64,000 nucleotides of DNA from Eledone cirrhosa (taxonomy: Eukaryota), in assembly GCA_964016885.1 (NCBI GenBank), contig OZ024766.1:21390001-21454000 (forward strand), given 5' to 3'. Under the pieces are notes generated by a model. That model was not told where the DNA came from. It did no database searches and saw only the letters and a program-made list of their open reading frames with translations. This document shows positions 11,652-24,179 of this stretch, piece after piece; position 1 is the stretch's first letter, and the number at the start of each line of letters is the position of its first letter. A program made the translations under genes and the position numbers.

Positions 11652-13415
11652 CCATGTCCATAGTATCAGAGCTGTGATGTCTCAATTCAGAGAAGTAGCA
11701 GCTCTACCTGGAGTGACTCTCCACTAATTCTTACCTGAGACATTCTAACCACATGTCCATAGTATCAGAGCTGTGATCTCTCAATTCAGAGAAGTAACAA
11801 CTCTACCTGGAGTGACTCTCCAGTGATTCTTACCTGAGACATTCTAACCACATGTCCATAGTATCAGAGCTGTGATCTCTCAATTCAGAGAAGTAGCAGC
11901 TCTACCTGGAGTGACTCTCCACTAATTCTTACCTGAGACATTCTAACCACATGTCCATAGTATCAGAGCTGTGGTCTCTCAATTCAGAGAAGTAACAGCT
12001 CTACCTGGAGTGACTCTCCAGTGATTCTTTCCTGAGACATTCTAACCACATGTCCATAGTATCAGAGCTGTGATCTCTCAATTCAGAGAAGTAGCAGCTC
12101 TACCTGGAGTGACTCTCCAGTGATTCTTTCCTGAGACATTCTAACCACATGTCCATAGTATCAGAGCTGTGATCTCTCAATTCAGAGAAGTAGCAGCTCT
12201 ACCTGGAGTGACTCTCTAGTGATTCTTACCTGAGACATTCTAACCACATGTCCATAGTATCAGAGCTGTGATCTCTCAATTCAGAGAAGTAGCAGCTCTA
12301 CCTGGAGTGACTCTCCAGTGATTCTTACCTGAGACATTCTAACCACATGTCCATAGTATCAGAGCTGTGGTCTCTCAATTCAGAGAAGTAGCAGCTCTAC
12401 CTGAAGTGACTCTCCAGTGATTCTTTCTTGAGACATTCTAACCACATGTCCATAGTATCAAAGCTGTGATCTCTCAATTCAGAGAAGTAGCAGCTCTACC
12501 TGGAGTGACTCTCTAGTGATTCTTTCCTGAGACATTCTAACCACATGTCCATAGTATCAGAGCTGTGATCTCTCAATTCAGAGAAGTAGCAGCTCTACCT
12601 GGAGTGACTCTCCAGTGATTCTTACCTGAGACATTCTAACCACATGTCCATAGTAGAGCTGTGATCTCTCAATTCAGAGAAGTAGCAGCTCTACCTGGAG
12701 TGACTCTCCAGTGATTCTTACCTGAGACATTCTAACCACATGTCCATAGTATCAGAGCTGTGGTCTCTCAATTCAGAGAAGTAGCAGCTCTACCTGAAGT
12801 GACTCTCCAGTGATTCTTTCTTGAGACATTCTAACCACATGTCCATAGTATCAGAGCTGTGATCTCTCAATTCAGAGAAGTAACAGCTCTACCTGGAGTG
12901 ACTCTCCAGTGATTCTTACCTGAGACATTCTAACCACATGTCCATAGTATCAGAGCTGTGGTCTCTCAATTCAGAGAAGTAGCAGCTCTACCTAGAGTGA
13001 CTCTCCAGTGATTCTTACCTGAGACATTCTAACCACATGTCCATAGTATCAGAGCTGTGATCTCTCAATTCAGAGAAGTAGCAGCTCTACCTCGAGTGAC
13101 TCTCCAGTGATTCTTACCTGAGACATTCTAACCACATGTCTATAGTATCAGAGCTGTGATCTCTCAATTCAGAGAAGTAGCAGCTCTACCTGGAGTGACT
13201 CTCCAGTGATTCTTACCTGAGACATTCTAGCCACATGTCCATAGTATCAAAGCTGTGATCTCTCAATTCAGAGAAGTAGCAGCTCTACCTGGAGTAACTC
13301 TCCAGTGATTCTTACCTGAGACATTCTAACCACATGTCCATAGTATCAGAGCTGTGATCTCTCAATTCAGAGAAGTAGCAGCTCTACCTGGAGTGACTCT
13401 CCAGTGATTCTTTCC
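11652..13415 (-). repeat. 99-bp satellite, about 18 copies, derived from RTE LINE coding sequence
   Basis: Minus strand reads ESLQVELLLL*IERSQL*YYGHVVRM per unit. Confidence 0.9.
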
Positions 13416-13567
13416 TGTGCCATTGTCTTAGAGGGGTGTAGGTGAGCAAGGTCAGTTTATGTCACCTCGTGCCAGGTCTTTCTTGGTCTACCCACTCCGT
13501 AGCTTCCATTAACTTTCATTGCCCTGCACTTCGCAATATCCTAACACATCTTGTTCCTGTATTTCAG

Positions 13568-13660
13568 CCTGGTACATTGTGTGGCATATAGTGGATCTGC
13601 TAAACTTTACGAGGTCAGTTCCATAGCCCAGACAGTTCTTCAGCCAGATTTTATCGAGGT
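13568..13660 (+). CDS. XPO6: Exportin-6 exon
   Basis: LVHCVAYSGSAKLYEVSSIAQTVLQPDFIEV; tttcag| and |gtaagt; phase 2 to 2. Confidence 0.88.
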
Positions 13661-13774
13661 GTAAGTTGATTGCTTTTGTCACCTTTTTGTCTTTGTCATT
13701 CCCCGTTATTTCTTTTTTCTTTTTTTTTTCAACTGCGTATATATACATATATATATATATATGTATGTATGTAT

Positions 13775-14115
13775 GGAGGCACATGGCTTAGTGGTTAGAG
13801 CATTGGCCTTGCAATCGAAAGGTTGTGAGTTCAATTCTCAGACTGGGTGATGTGTTGTTTCCTTGAGCAAGACACTTTATTTCACATTGCTCCAGTTTAC
13901 TCAGCTGTAGAAATGAGATGATAGGGACTGGGGTTCCTATCATTCCACTGCAAAGTGGTCGTGGAGGTGCCACGGCAAAAAAGCACCCAGCACTCACTGT
14001 AAATGAGGTTGGTGTTAGGAAGGGCATCCAGCTGTAGAAATCAAGCCAAAATCAGTTCCCGTCCCACCCTTGCAAGCAGGGAAAAAGCGGACGTAAAATG
14101 AAATGAAATGAAAAT
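13775..14115 (+). mobile_element. SINE family A, full length with a single internal unit
   Basis: GGAGGCACATGGCTTAGTGGTTAGAGC...GAGTTCAATTC head; tail GCGGACGTAAAATGAAATG. Confidence 0.88.
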
Positions 14116-14748
14116 GTATGTATGTGTGTGTGTGTGTATATGTCAGGTCACCAGTTGGTGCTACTGGTAACATGTATCCCAGTACAACCTGTCCGATGGT
14201 CAGGTCGTTGGCGACTAAGCTGACAACCCCACCAAGGTTTCTTGGTGAGGAGGGTGACTTTGGTCATCCTGCAGGACTAAAAACAAAACCTGTCAAAAGG
14301 GCAAAGGAGCTCTTAAGAGTCAATGGCCATCCAAAATCACCGAGAGAGATGACCCCTTAGCCTTTATCAAGGCAGAATTCTAGGAGAAGGAAAACTCTGA
14401 TATAACACCTGCAACCCTGATGGTATCCAATGATGTTGACTTGTTCTTCTTTTTGGTAAATATTATCTTGGTTAAGAGAGTGGGACTGGCTTTGTGCAGT
14501 GCCTTTGCTCACTATAAAAGCTTCACGGCACAGGCATTGCTTTATATCTGGAGATCTCTCTGCACTTGTCGTCACATGGTACCATGGGCCCAGCACTATG
14601 TGTCAATAATTGTCACAAGTGTAGTGTTTGTACCAGAGTTTTCAAGTCGCTGGCTGGACTAAAAAGTCACACTTGTTCAGCACATCGGTAGGGGTTCTCC
14701 TACATGGATATAAAGTAGTGGCCGTACTCGAAAATGAGTTGGCAGCCA

Positions 14749-14784
<36 letters not shown>

Positions 14785-15020
14785 ATGTATATATGCTAGC
14801 ATTGAAAATGGACATTAAATGATGATTATATATATATGTATATAGGAAAAGAGTCAGGACCCCAACGGCTGAGATATGGCCGTTTTGACAATAGCTGTCG
14901 AAACGGCTAGAGCTCAGCCATTGGGGTCCCGACTCTTTTCCTATTACCCACTCTACTACCCTAAATATCAAGTACTCTGGTGCGTTATGGTCCACCTGGT
15001 TCCTTACCACACTTCCTTCG

Positions 15021-15074
<54 letters not shown>

Positions 15075-15124
15075 AAATAAAATAACAGGAGGCTGGACTG
15101 GTGTAAATCCTTGAAAGGTTTATT

Positions 15125-15189
15125 ATACTATGATCATTGATCATTTCAATGACTGGGTTCCATATGAATCCGGTGATATCATCAGGTAT
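15125..15189 (-). ncRNA. Type I hammerhead-ribozyme-like motif (degenerate stem II base)
   Basis: ATAC-CTGATGA-...-GAA-ATGATC aat GATCAT-A-GTAT. Confidence 0.45.
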
Positions 15190-15359
15190 TCAAAATATAA
15201 CAAAGGAATATGTTAAAAAAAAAAAGGGTCCGAAAAATCAGAGACAGAGACAAAGAGGACGACTGACCAACTAGCTGCCCTTATCTCGGCCAGTCGCCCT
15301 CAAAGTGGTGGCAACTGAATCTATTGATGACCATCTGGATATGTATATATATATATATA

Positions 15360-15502
15360 TCATCATCATCATCATCATCATTTTACGTCCACTTTTCCCT
15401 GCTTGCAAGGGTGGGATGGGTCCTATTCAGCACAGCATCTCTCCACTTGTCACGGTCCTTCGTCATCTCCTCCGTGAGCTTCAGCAATCTGAGGTCTGCT
15501 CT
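15360..15502 (-). mobile_element. RTE LINE 3' fragment
   Basis: Reverse complement of the 3' end at 8430-8550. Confidence 0.8.
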
Positions 15503-15597
15503 AAGCAAAGAATTGCTGCTTTCATGCTTTCACCCATAACGCAGCAAGAGCTGTCATCAGGTCCCGACTTTATAATATATGTATATATGTATATATA

Positions 15598-16025
15598 TCA
15601 TCATCATCATTTTACGTCCGCTTTTTCCCTGCTTGCAAGGGTGGGACGGGAACTGATTCTGGCTTGATTTCTACAGCTGGATGCCCTTCCTAACACCAAC
15701 CTCATTTACAGTGAGTGCTGGTTGCTTTTTTGCCGTGGCACCTCCACGACCACTTTACAGTGAGTGCTGGGTGCTTTTTTGCCGTGGCACCTCCACGACA
15801 ACTTTACAGTGAGTGCTGGGTGCTTTTTTGCCGTGGCACCTCCACGACCACTTTACAGTGAGTGCTGGGTGCTTTTTTGCCGTGGCACCTCCACGACCAC
15901 TTTACAGTGAGTGCTGGGTGCTTTTTTGCCGTGGCACCTCCACGACCACTTTACAGTGAGGGCTGGGTGCTTTTTTGCCGTGGCACCTCCACGACCACTT
16001 TGCAGTGGAATGATAGGGACCCCAG
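15598..16025 (-). mobile_element. SINE family A, head missing, about 6 units
   Basis: Tail plus minisatellite; stops at the GATAGGGACCCCAG hairpin. Confidence 0.8.
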
Positions 16026-16160
16026 ATATATCCTCGTGGGGCCCCCGGGCAACTCAACTGCCCAGCGTGCCCATGCGTTAAGACGCTCCAGGCCTCCACC
16101 TCTGAATACACACACTTAACTCTCACCCCCCCCTCTTTCTATATATTATATACATTTCAG

Positions 16161-16308
16161 GCATGCGCAGGCACTGGCCACGCTGAAGGCATTTTCCCAC
16201 TGGTTGTTCCAGTATCACTCAGAATCCCAGAAGATTAGCCAACCGCTGAAGTTTACCATTCTGTTTTCCACCCTAGTAGAAGCCATTCTGCCTTTATTCC
16301 AGAAACAG
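16161..16308 (+). CDS. XPO6: Exportin-6 exon
   Basis: HAQALATLKAFSHWLFQYHSE; tttcag| and |gtgaga. Confidence 0.92.
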
Positions 16309-16871
16309 GTGAGATGTGACTGACTTACTGTTGTTGTTGTGTGGTGGTGTTGTGTTGTTGTGTGGTGGTGGTGGTGTTGTGGTGTGGTGGGGGTGGTGTT
16401 GTGGTGGTGGTGGTATTGGTGTGTTGTGATGGTGGTGTTGGTGTGGTGGTGGTGTTGTTGTGATGGTGGTGTTGGTGTTGTGGTGTGGTGGGGGTGTGGT
16501 GGTGGTGTGTTGTGTGGTGGTGTTGGTGTGGTGGTGGTGTTGTTGTGATGGTGGTGGTGTTGGTGGTGTGGTTGTGGTGGTGGTGGTGTTGGTGTTGTGG
16601 TGGTGGTGTTGTGGTGTGGGGGTGTTGTTGTGATGGTGGTGGTGTGGTGGTAGTGCTGGTGGTGTTGTTGGTGTTGTGGTGGTGTGTTGGTGTGGGGGTG
16701 TTGTGATGGTGGTGGTGTGTTGTGATGGTGGTGTGGTGGTGTTGGTGTAGTTGGTGTTGGTGTTGTTGTGATGGTGGTGGTGTGGTGTTTGTTGTGGTGG
16801 TGTTGGTGTTTGTTGTGGTGTTGGTGGTGTGGTGGTGGTGTTGGTGTTGTAGTGTGGTGGTGGTGTTGATG

Positions 16872-16917
<46 letters not shown>

Positions 16918-16920
16918 ATA

Positions 16921-17004
<84 letters not shown>

Positions 17005-17041
17005 TATTAATAAATGGAAACTATATTTATAAAACCATATT

Positions 17042-17107
17042 TATTTCATTATACATATTTCAAGGGCCACCAAGGCAAATTATGGTGCGCTTTCATCAGA
17101 TAAAATA
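17042..17107 (-). ncRNA. Type I hammerhead-ribozyme-like motif
   Basis: TATTTTAT-CTGATGA-stem II-GAA-ATATGTAT-A-ATGAAATA: intact core, 8-bp stem I, near-palindromic stem III. Confidence 0.55.
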
Positions 17108-17189
17108 CAATACAGATTAATTTTATAAATAAATATTGACATACCCTGAAAAAAGACAACCATTCAGGAAGCTTTCGCTTCTGTATCTT

Positions 17190-18185
17190 TTATATCAGTT
17201 AATTTAATTTATTCGGTCCTCAATTTATATCAGTTAATTTAATTTATTCGGTCCTCAATTTATATCGGTTAATTTAATTTATTCGGTCCTCAATTTATAT
17301 CAGTTAATTTAATTTATTCGGTCCTCAATTTATATCAGTTAATTTAATTTATTCGGTCCTCAATTTATATCGGTTAATTTAATTTATTCGGTCCTCAATT
17401 TACATCAGTTAATTTAATTTATTCGGTCCTCAATTTATATCAGTTAATTTAATTTATTCGGTCCTCAATTCATATCAGTTAATTTAATTTATTCGGTCCT
17501 CAATTTATATCAGTTAATTTAATTTATTCGGTCCTCAATTTATATCAGTTAATTTAATTTATTCGGTCCTCAATTTATATCAGTTAATTTAATTTATTCG
17601 GTCCTCAATTTATATCGGTTAATTTAATTTATTCGGTCCTCAATTTATATCGGTTAATTTAATTTATTCGGTCCTCAATTTATATCGGTTAATTTAATTT
17701 ATTCGGTCCTCAATTTATATCGGTTAATTTAATTTATTCGGTCCTCAATTTATATCAGTTAATTTAATTTATTCGGTCCTCAATTTATATCGGTTAATTT
17801 AATTTATTCGGTCCTCAATTTATATCGGTTAAATTAATTTATTCGGTCCTCAATTTATATCAGTTAATTTAATTTATTCGGTCCTCAATTTATATCGGTT
17901 AATTTAATTTATTCGGTCCTCAATTTATATCGGTTAATTTAATTTATTCGGTCCTCAATTTATATCGGTTAATTTAATTTATTCGGTCCTCAATTTATAT
18001 CGGTTAATTTAATTTATTCGGTCCTCAATTTATATCGGTTAATTTAATTTATTCGGTCCTCAATTTATATCGGTTAATTTAATTTATTCGGTCCTCAATT
18101 TATATCGGTTAATTTAATTTATTCGGTCCTCAATTTATATCAGTTAATTTAATTTATTCGGTCCTCAATTTATATCAGTTAATTT
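17190..18185. repeat. 35-bp AT-rich minisatellite, about 28 copies
   Basis: TTATATCAGTTAATTTAATTTATTCGGTCCTCAAT. Confidence 0.95.
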
Positions 18186-18214
18186 ATATTTATATTTATA
18201 TCTTCTGTTGTCAG

Positions 18215-18361
18215 ATCCCGGAAAAGATTGTCCAGTCAGCTGCTCATCTCCTGTTGTCCCTTATGGTCACAGTTCGGCCCTCTTATCTGCTACAAATGAC
18301 CTCAGTCCATTCACTCTACAACCAGATTGGACATGGACACTGTAAAGATATGCCCCAAGAG
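18215..18361 (+). CDS. XPO6: Exportin-6 exon
   Basis: IPEKIVQSAAHLLLSLMVTVRPSYL; tgtcag| and |gtacgt; 49 codons. Confidence 0.9.
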
Positions 18362-18506
18362 GTACGTTGCTGCTGCTGTTGTTGTTGTTGCTGATGCTGT
18401 TGTTGTTGTTGATGTTGTTTAGCCTCTACACGAAGCAGTTAGTTGCAGCCTAAGTTTTACTCAGCCGTGTGAGAGTTAGAACAAAGTCTGTGGAACCACA
18501 CACACA

Positions 18507-18568
<62 letters not shown>

Positions 18569-18569
<1 letters not shown>

Positions 18570-18953
18570 CTATATATATAAAAGCAGGTCGGTCTGTCTG
18601 TGTACAAATACTAGGGTCCTTTTAACTTCTGAAGTACTAGGCCGATTTCAACCAAATTTGGCACACATGTTGCTTATATGCCAGAGCAGGTTCTGGACAA
18701 AAACAAATTTGAAAAAAAAATCGATATTGGGGCCGAAAAATCGATTTTGTGTGTGTATCTGTCTGTGTACAAATACTAGGCTCTTTTTAACTTTTGAAGT
18801 ACTAGGCCGATTTGGCACGTGCTCTTGAGGTGACCTCTCATTGGCTAGCCAATTAGCTGACATACGCTGACATGCACTCAGAAATTGCTAGCTAAGCCAT
18901 AAACGACCTTGAATAATTCAGGCTGTCATTCATTTCCCGGGCACATCTGCTAG
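18569..18953 (+). mobile_element. Helitron-like non-autonomous element (a second 5' end follows at about 18958)
   Basis: Starts A|TCTATATATATAAAA and ends GCTAG|T, matching Helitron TC...CTAG termini in an A|T site. Confidence 0.55.
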
Positions 18954-19324
18954 TCTATCTATATATATAAAGTTGTATTCCTGTCGGTCTGTTTGTTTGT
19001 TCCCAAACTCCTCATATGGTTGAGATAGACCCCCCACAACCATATATATTCTGAAACTACATTGCACAGGGTACTTGGATAAGTATATTTCATTTTAACC
19101 AAAGGGTTCCTCGGGTACACAAAACCCTGCTGAAAACCCCCACTGAAAGTTTTTTCCCTTTGATTTATATGAAATTTAAACCATGGGTAAATGACAAGAT
19201 ATGATTCCTATTCACAAAATTTCAGCATATTTCAATAATATTAAGACACCCTAATGGGCACAAACCTGAGATCCAGCCGTTTCGACGTCGAAACGGCTGG
19301 ATCTCTGCCGTCGGGGTCATACTT

Positions 19325-19371
<47 letters not shown>

Positions 19372-19407
19372 AATCTGTCAATCTATCGTGGTTTCAACCC
19401 CTAACAG

Positions 19408-19597
19408 GTACAGCTGCTGTTATATCGGGCTTTGTCACACTACCTGCTGTTGCCGTGGCCACACTTGTCTGATGCGGACCAGGACTGGGAGAAGAGAGCG
19501 GCCTACCACAGAGACTTCACCAGACAGCTCACCATGGAGTTTTGTCAGCTGAGAGATACACAGACACTTGTAGAGAACAAGGCCTTACAAGAGAGTG
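19408..19597 (+). CDS. XPO6: Exportin-6 exon
   Basis: VQLLLYRALSHYLLLPWPHLSDADQDW; taacag| and |gtgagt. Confidence 0.9.
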
Positions 19598-19629
19598 GTG
19601 AGTACTTAGTGATAGTGTAGTGCGATGTG

Positions 19630-21922
19630 CATTTACATTACTCTATATATACTATTGTATTGTCACAGTAAAGGCTTTACCTCACATAATATCTCACATA
19701 ACATTTACAGTACTCTATATATACTATTGTATTGTCACAGTAAAGGCTTTACCTCACATAATATCTCACATAACATTTACATTACTCTATATATACTATT
19801 GTATTGTCACAGTAAAGGCTTTACCTCACATAATATCTCACATAACATTTACATTACTCTATATATACTATTGTATTGTCACAGTAAAGGCTTTACCTCA
19901 CATAATATCTCACATAACATTTACATTACTCTATATATACTATTGTATTGTCACAGTAAAGGCTTTACCCCACATAATATCTCACATAACATCTACATTA
20001 CTCTATATATACTATTGTATTGTCACAGTAAAGGCTTTACCTCACATAATATCTCACATAACATTTACATTACTCTATATATACTATTGTATTGTCACAG
20101 TAGAGGCTTTACCTCACATAATACCTCACATAACATTTACATTACTCTATATATACTATTGTATTGTCACAGTAAAGGCTTTACCTCACATAATACCTCA
20201 CATAACATTTACATTACTCTATATATACTATTGTATTGTCACAGTAAAGGCTTTACCTCACATAATACCTCACATAACATTTACATTACTCTATATATAC
20301 TATTGTATTGTCACAGTAAAGGCTTTACCTCACATAATACCTCACATAACATTTACATTACTCTATATATACTATTGTATTGTCACAGTAAAGGCTTTAC
20401 CTCACATAATACCTCACATAACATTTACAGTACTCTATATATACTATTGTATTGTCACAGTAAAGGCTTTACCTCACATAACATTTACAGTACTCTATAT
20501 ATACTCTTGTATTGTCACAGTAAAGGCTTTACCTCACATAATATCTCACATAACATTTACATTACTCTATATATACTCTTGTATTGTCACAGTAAAGGCT
20601 TTACCTCACATAATATCTCACATAACATTTACATTACTCTATATATACTATTGTATTGTCACAGTAAAGGCTTTACCTCACATAATACCTCACATAACAT
20701 TTACATTACTCTATATATACTATTGTATTGTCACAGTAAAGGTTTTACCTCACATAATACCTCACATAGCATTTACATTACTCTATATATACTATTGTAT
20801 TGTCACAGTAAAGGCTTTACCTCACATAATACCTCACATAACATTTACATTACTCTATATATACTATTGTATTGTCACAGTAAAGGCTTTACCTCACATA
20901 ATACCTCACATAACATTTACATTACTCTATATATACTATTGTATTGTCACAGTAAAGGCTTTACCTCACATAATACCTCACATAACATTTACATTACTCT
21001 ATATATACTATTGTATTGTCACAGTAAAGGCTTTACCTCACATAATACCTCACATAACATTTACATTACTCTATATATACTATTGTATTGTCACAGTAAA
21101 GGCTTTACCTCACATAATATCTCACATAACATTTACATTACTCTATATATACTATTGTATTGTCACAGTAAAGGCTTTACCTCACATAATACCTCACATA
21201 ACATTTACATTACTCTATATATACTATTGTATTGTCACAGTAAAGGCTTTACCTCACATAATACCTCACATAACATTTACATTACTCTATATATACTATT
21301 GTATTGTCACAGTAAAGGCTTTACCTCACATAATACCTCACATAACATTTACATTACTCTATATATACTATTGTATTGTCACAGTAAAGGCTTTACCTCA
21401 CATAATACCTCACATAACATTTACATTACTCTATATATACTATTGTATTGTCACAGTAAAGGCTTTACCTCACATAATATCTCACATAACATTTACATTA
21501 CTCTATATATACTATTGTATTGTCACAGTAAAGGCTTTACCTCACATAATACCTCACATAACATTTACATTACTCTATATATACTATTGTATTGTCACAG
21601 TAAAGGCTTTACCTCACATAATACCTCACATAACATTTACATTACTCTATATATACTATTGTATTGTCACAGTAAAGGCTTTACCTCACATAATACCTCA
21701 CATAACATTTACATTACTCTATATATACTATTGTATTGTCACAGTAAAGGCTTTACCTCACACAATATCTCACATAATATCAAATCTATGAGATTTTTAT
21801 ATTATATATTTTGAGAACAATGCCTTAACATCAGTATGAGTGACCAATTATAGCCAGTTTGAACAGAAAGAGGTGAGAGAATTCTGACCAGATATTGCTG
21901 GTTTAAATGCTTAAAGGGTTAA
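19630..21922 (+). repeat. 72-bp satellite (about 30 copies) with the same piggyBac-like right flank
   Basis: Same unit and downstream flank as 8855-11168. Confidence 0.9.
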
Positions 21923-22073
21923 AATAACATGGTATTTTTCTGTCTATGTTGATGATTGTTGTTGCTGCTGTTGTTATATTCTAAATATATTTCTAATTTT
22001 ATACTATGTCTCTCTTTCTCTCTCATTTTTTTTTTTTTTTTTTGTGTGGCTGTTGTGGTACCTCTGATGATAG

Positions 22074-22229
22074 CCAAATGCCTGATCGAGAAGACACTGA
22101 AAATGTGTCAGGATTGGATCGAAAACATTGCCTCGGAGTCGAACAAGAGTAAACAGATTTGTTACCAGTCCTTACAGGAGATTGTACAAGTCACCCTTGC
22201 TATCTTCCCTGTCTATATACACCAACCAG
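22074..22229 (+). CDS. XPO6: Exportin-6 exon
   Basis: ENIASESNKSKQICYQSLQEIVQVTLAIFPVYIHQP; tgatag| and |gtacga. Confidence 0.9.
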
Positions 22230-22276
22230 GTACGAATTGATCTCGCTTCAATTATATATGTTTGTGTGTGTGTGTG

Positions 22277-22319
<43 letters not shown>

Positions 22320-22343
22320 TGATCATTGTTTAATGTCCAACTT

Positions 22344-22381
<38 letters not shown>

Positions 22382-22407
22382 AGCAGGGAAAAGCAGACGT
22401 AAAATGA

Positions 22408-22460
<53 letters not shown>

Positions 22461-22483
22461 TATACATACATACCATATATATT

Positions 22484-22878
22484 ATTTCATTTCATTTCAT
22501 TTCATTTTACGTCTGATTTTTCCCTGCTTGCAAGGGTGGGACAGGAACTGATCTGGTTTGATTTCTACAGCTGGATGCCCTTTCTAACACCAACCTCATT
22601 TACAGTGAGTGCTGGGTGCTTTTTTGCCGTGGCACCTCCACGACCACTTTACAGTGAGGGCTGGGTGCTACTTTTGCCGTGGCACCTCCACGACCACTTT
22701 ACAGTGGAATGATAGGGACCCCAGTCCCTATCATCTCATTTCTACAGCTGAGTAAACTGGAGCAATGTGAAATAAAGTGTCTTGCTCAAGGAAACAACAC
22801 ATCACCCGGTCTGAGAATTGAACTTACAACCTTTCGATTGCAAGGCCAATGCTCTAACCACTAAGCCATGTGCCTCCA
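22484..22878 (-). mobile_element. SINE family A, 2 units
   Basis: Full head and tail. Confidence 0.85.
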
Positions 22879-23114
22879 TATGTCTATATATATATTATAA
22901 AGTATGCTCCATGTCCCAAGAAAGGCAGCTTTAAAGGGCTAAATACTTTGCAAAGACATTTACTGTGGTTTGTGCCCTTTCTGAAGCCCCATTTGTAAGA
23001 CAATTGATTGTAAAATGAGGGTATTACTAAATCTTGCTTCCTCAGGTGTCAGGGGTGACACTCTCGGCAGGATTTAGGGGGAATGAAGCAGAATTTAGAG
23101 TAAGTTTCATATAA

Positions 23115-23430
23115 TAATTTTTTCTACTTTTGGGGGCACAAGGCCAGCAATTACCCCAGTGTATTACTGGTACTTTATTTTACTGACCCTGTAATAACTG
23201 TTTCTACTTTTGGGGGCACAAGGCCAGCAATTATTCCAGTGTATTACTGGTACTTTACTTTACTGACCCCCGTAATAAATGTTTCTACTTTTGGGGGGCA
23301 CAAGGCCAGCAATTAACCCCAGTGTATTACTGGTACTTTATTTTATCGGCCCCCGTAAAAGGATGAAAGGCAAAATTAACCTCAGCGGGACTTGAACTCA
23401 GATCATAAAGGGCCGTAACTCTATGCTGCC
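23115..23430 (-). mobile_element. SINE family B with 3 copies of an ~80-bp 3' unit
   Basis: Reverse strand: B-box-like GAGTTCAAGTCCC, then TTTCATCC...GATAAAATAAAGTACCAGT units. Confidence 0.7.
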
Positions 23431-23474
23431 AATCCACCGCCATATAATGTTGTTGTTGTTATTGTTGTTTTCAG

Positions 23475-23589
23475 ACACAGCTGACCACATTCTCAGCTTC
23501 TTTCTGGCCGTTTTCCAAGGGCTACGCGTTCAAATGGGAGTTAACTTCACAGAAGGGATCATACAGACGTTCATGGGTTTATTTACAAG
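23475..23589 (+). CDS. XPO6: Exportin-6 exon
   Basis: ILSFFLAVFQGLRVQMGVNFTEGIIQTFMGLFTR; tttcag| and |gtgggt. Confidence 0.92.
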
Positions 23590-23883
23590 GTGGGTAGCCC
23601 TTTTTTTTTTTTTTTTTACCTTTCTGTGTGTATAAGGGTAGCTTCTGGGTAGCTCTTATGATGTACCTCTCTATGAAAGTGTGGGCAACCCTAACCCTAA
23701 CCCACGCAAGCATGGAAAATGGACACTATATATATTTATTATACATACATACACCCTTGCAAGCAAGGAAAAGCGGACGTAAAATGAAATGATGATGATA
23801 TATTCATTATATTACATCGGGGGTCAATGTTTAAGGGTGGTGCCCCAGCAAGGCCTCAGCTGGATGACTGGAACAAGTATATA

Positions 23884-24155
23884 TCATCATCATCATCATC
23901 ATCATTTTACGTCCGCTTTTCCCTGCTTGCAAGGGTGGGACGGGTCTTATTCAGCACAGCATCTCTCCACTTGTCACGGTCCCTCGTCATCTCCACCGTG
24001 AGCTTCAATGATCTGAGGTCTGTTCTCACCACCTCCGCCCATGTTTTTCGTGGTCTACCTCTACCACGTCTTCCTTCAACTGGCATTTCCTGGCACTTCT
24101 TCACCCATCGGTCATCCTCCATGCGCATCACATGTCCATACCACCTCAGTCTCCT
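23884..24155 (-). mobile_element. RTE LINE 3' fragment
   Basis: MRMEDDRWVKKCQEMPVEGRRGRGRPRKTWAEVV, nearly identical to 8300-8550. Confidence 0.85.
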
Positions 24156-24179
24156 CTATATATGTATATGTATATTATT

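Noticed and set aside
13775-13850. tRNA gene
   Set aside because: A and B boxes are present but form the head of a multi-copy SINE; no complete acceptor stem.
19620-21814. 723-aa and 729-aa ORFs
   Set aside because: By-product of a stop-free 72-bp intronic satellite that also occurs at 8855 and 62747; open in two frames.
23688-23703. Telomeric (TAACCC)n seeds (also near 7383 and 41876)
   Set aside because: Only 2-3 units; expected by chance.
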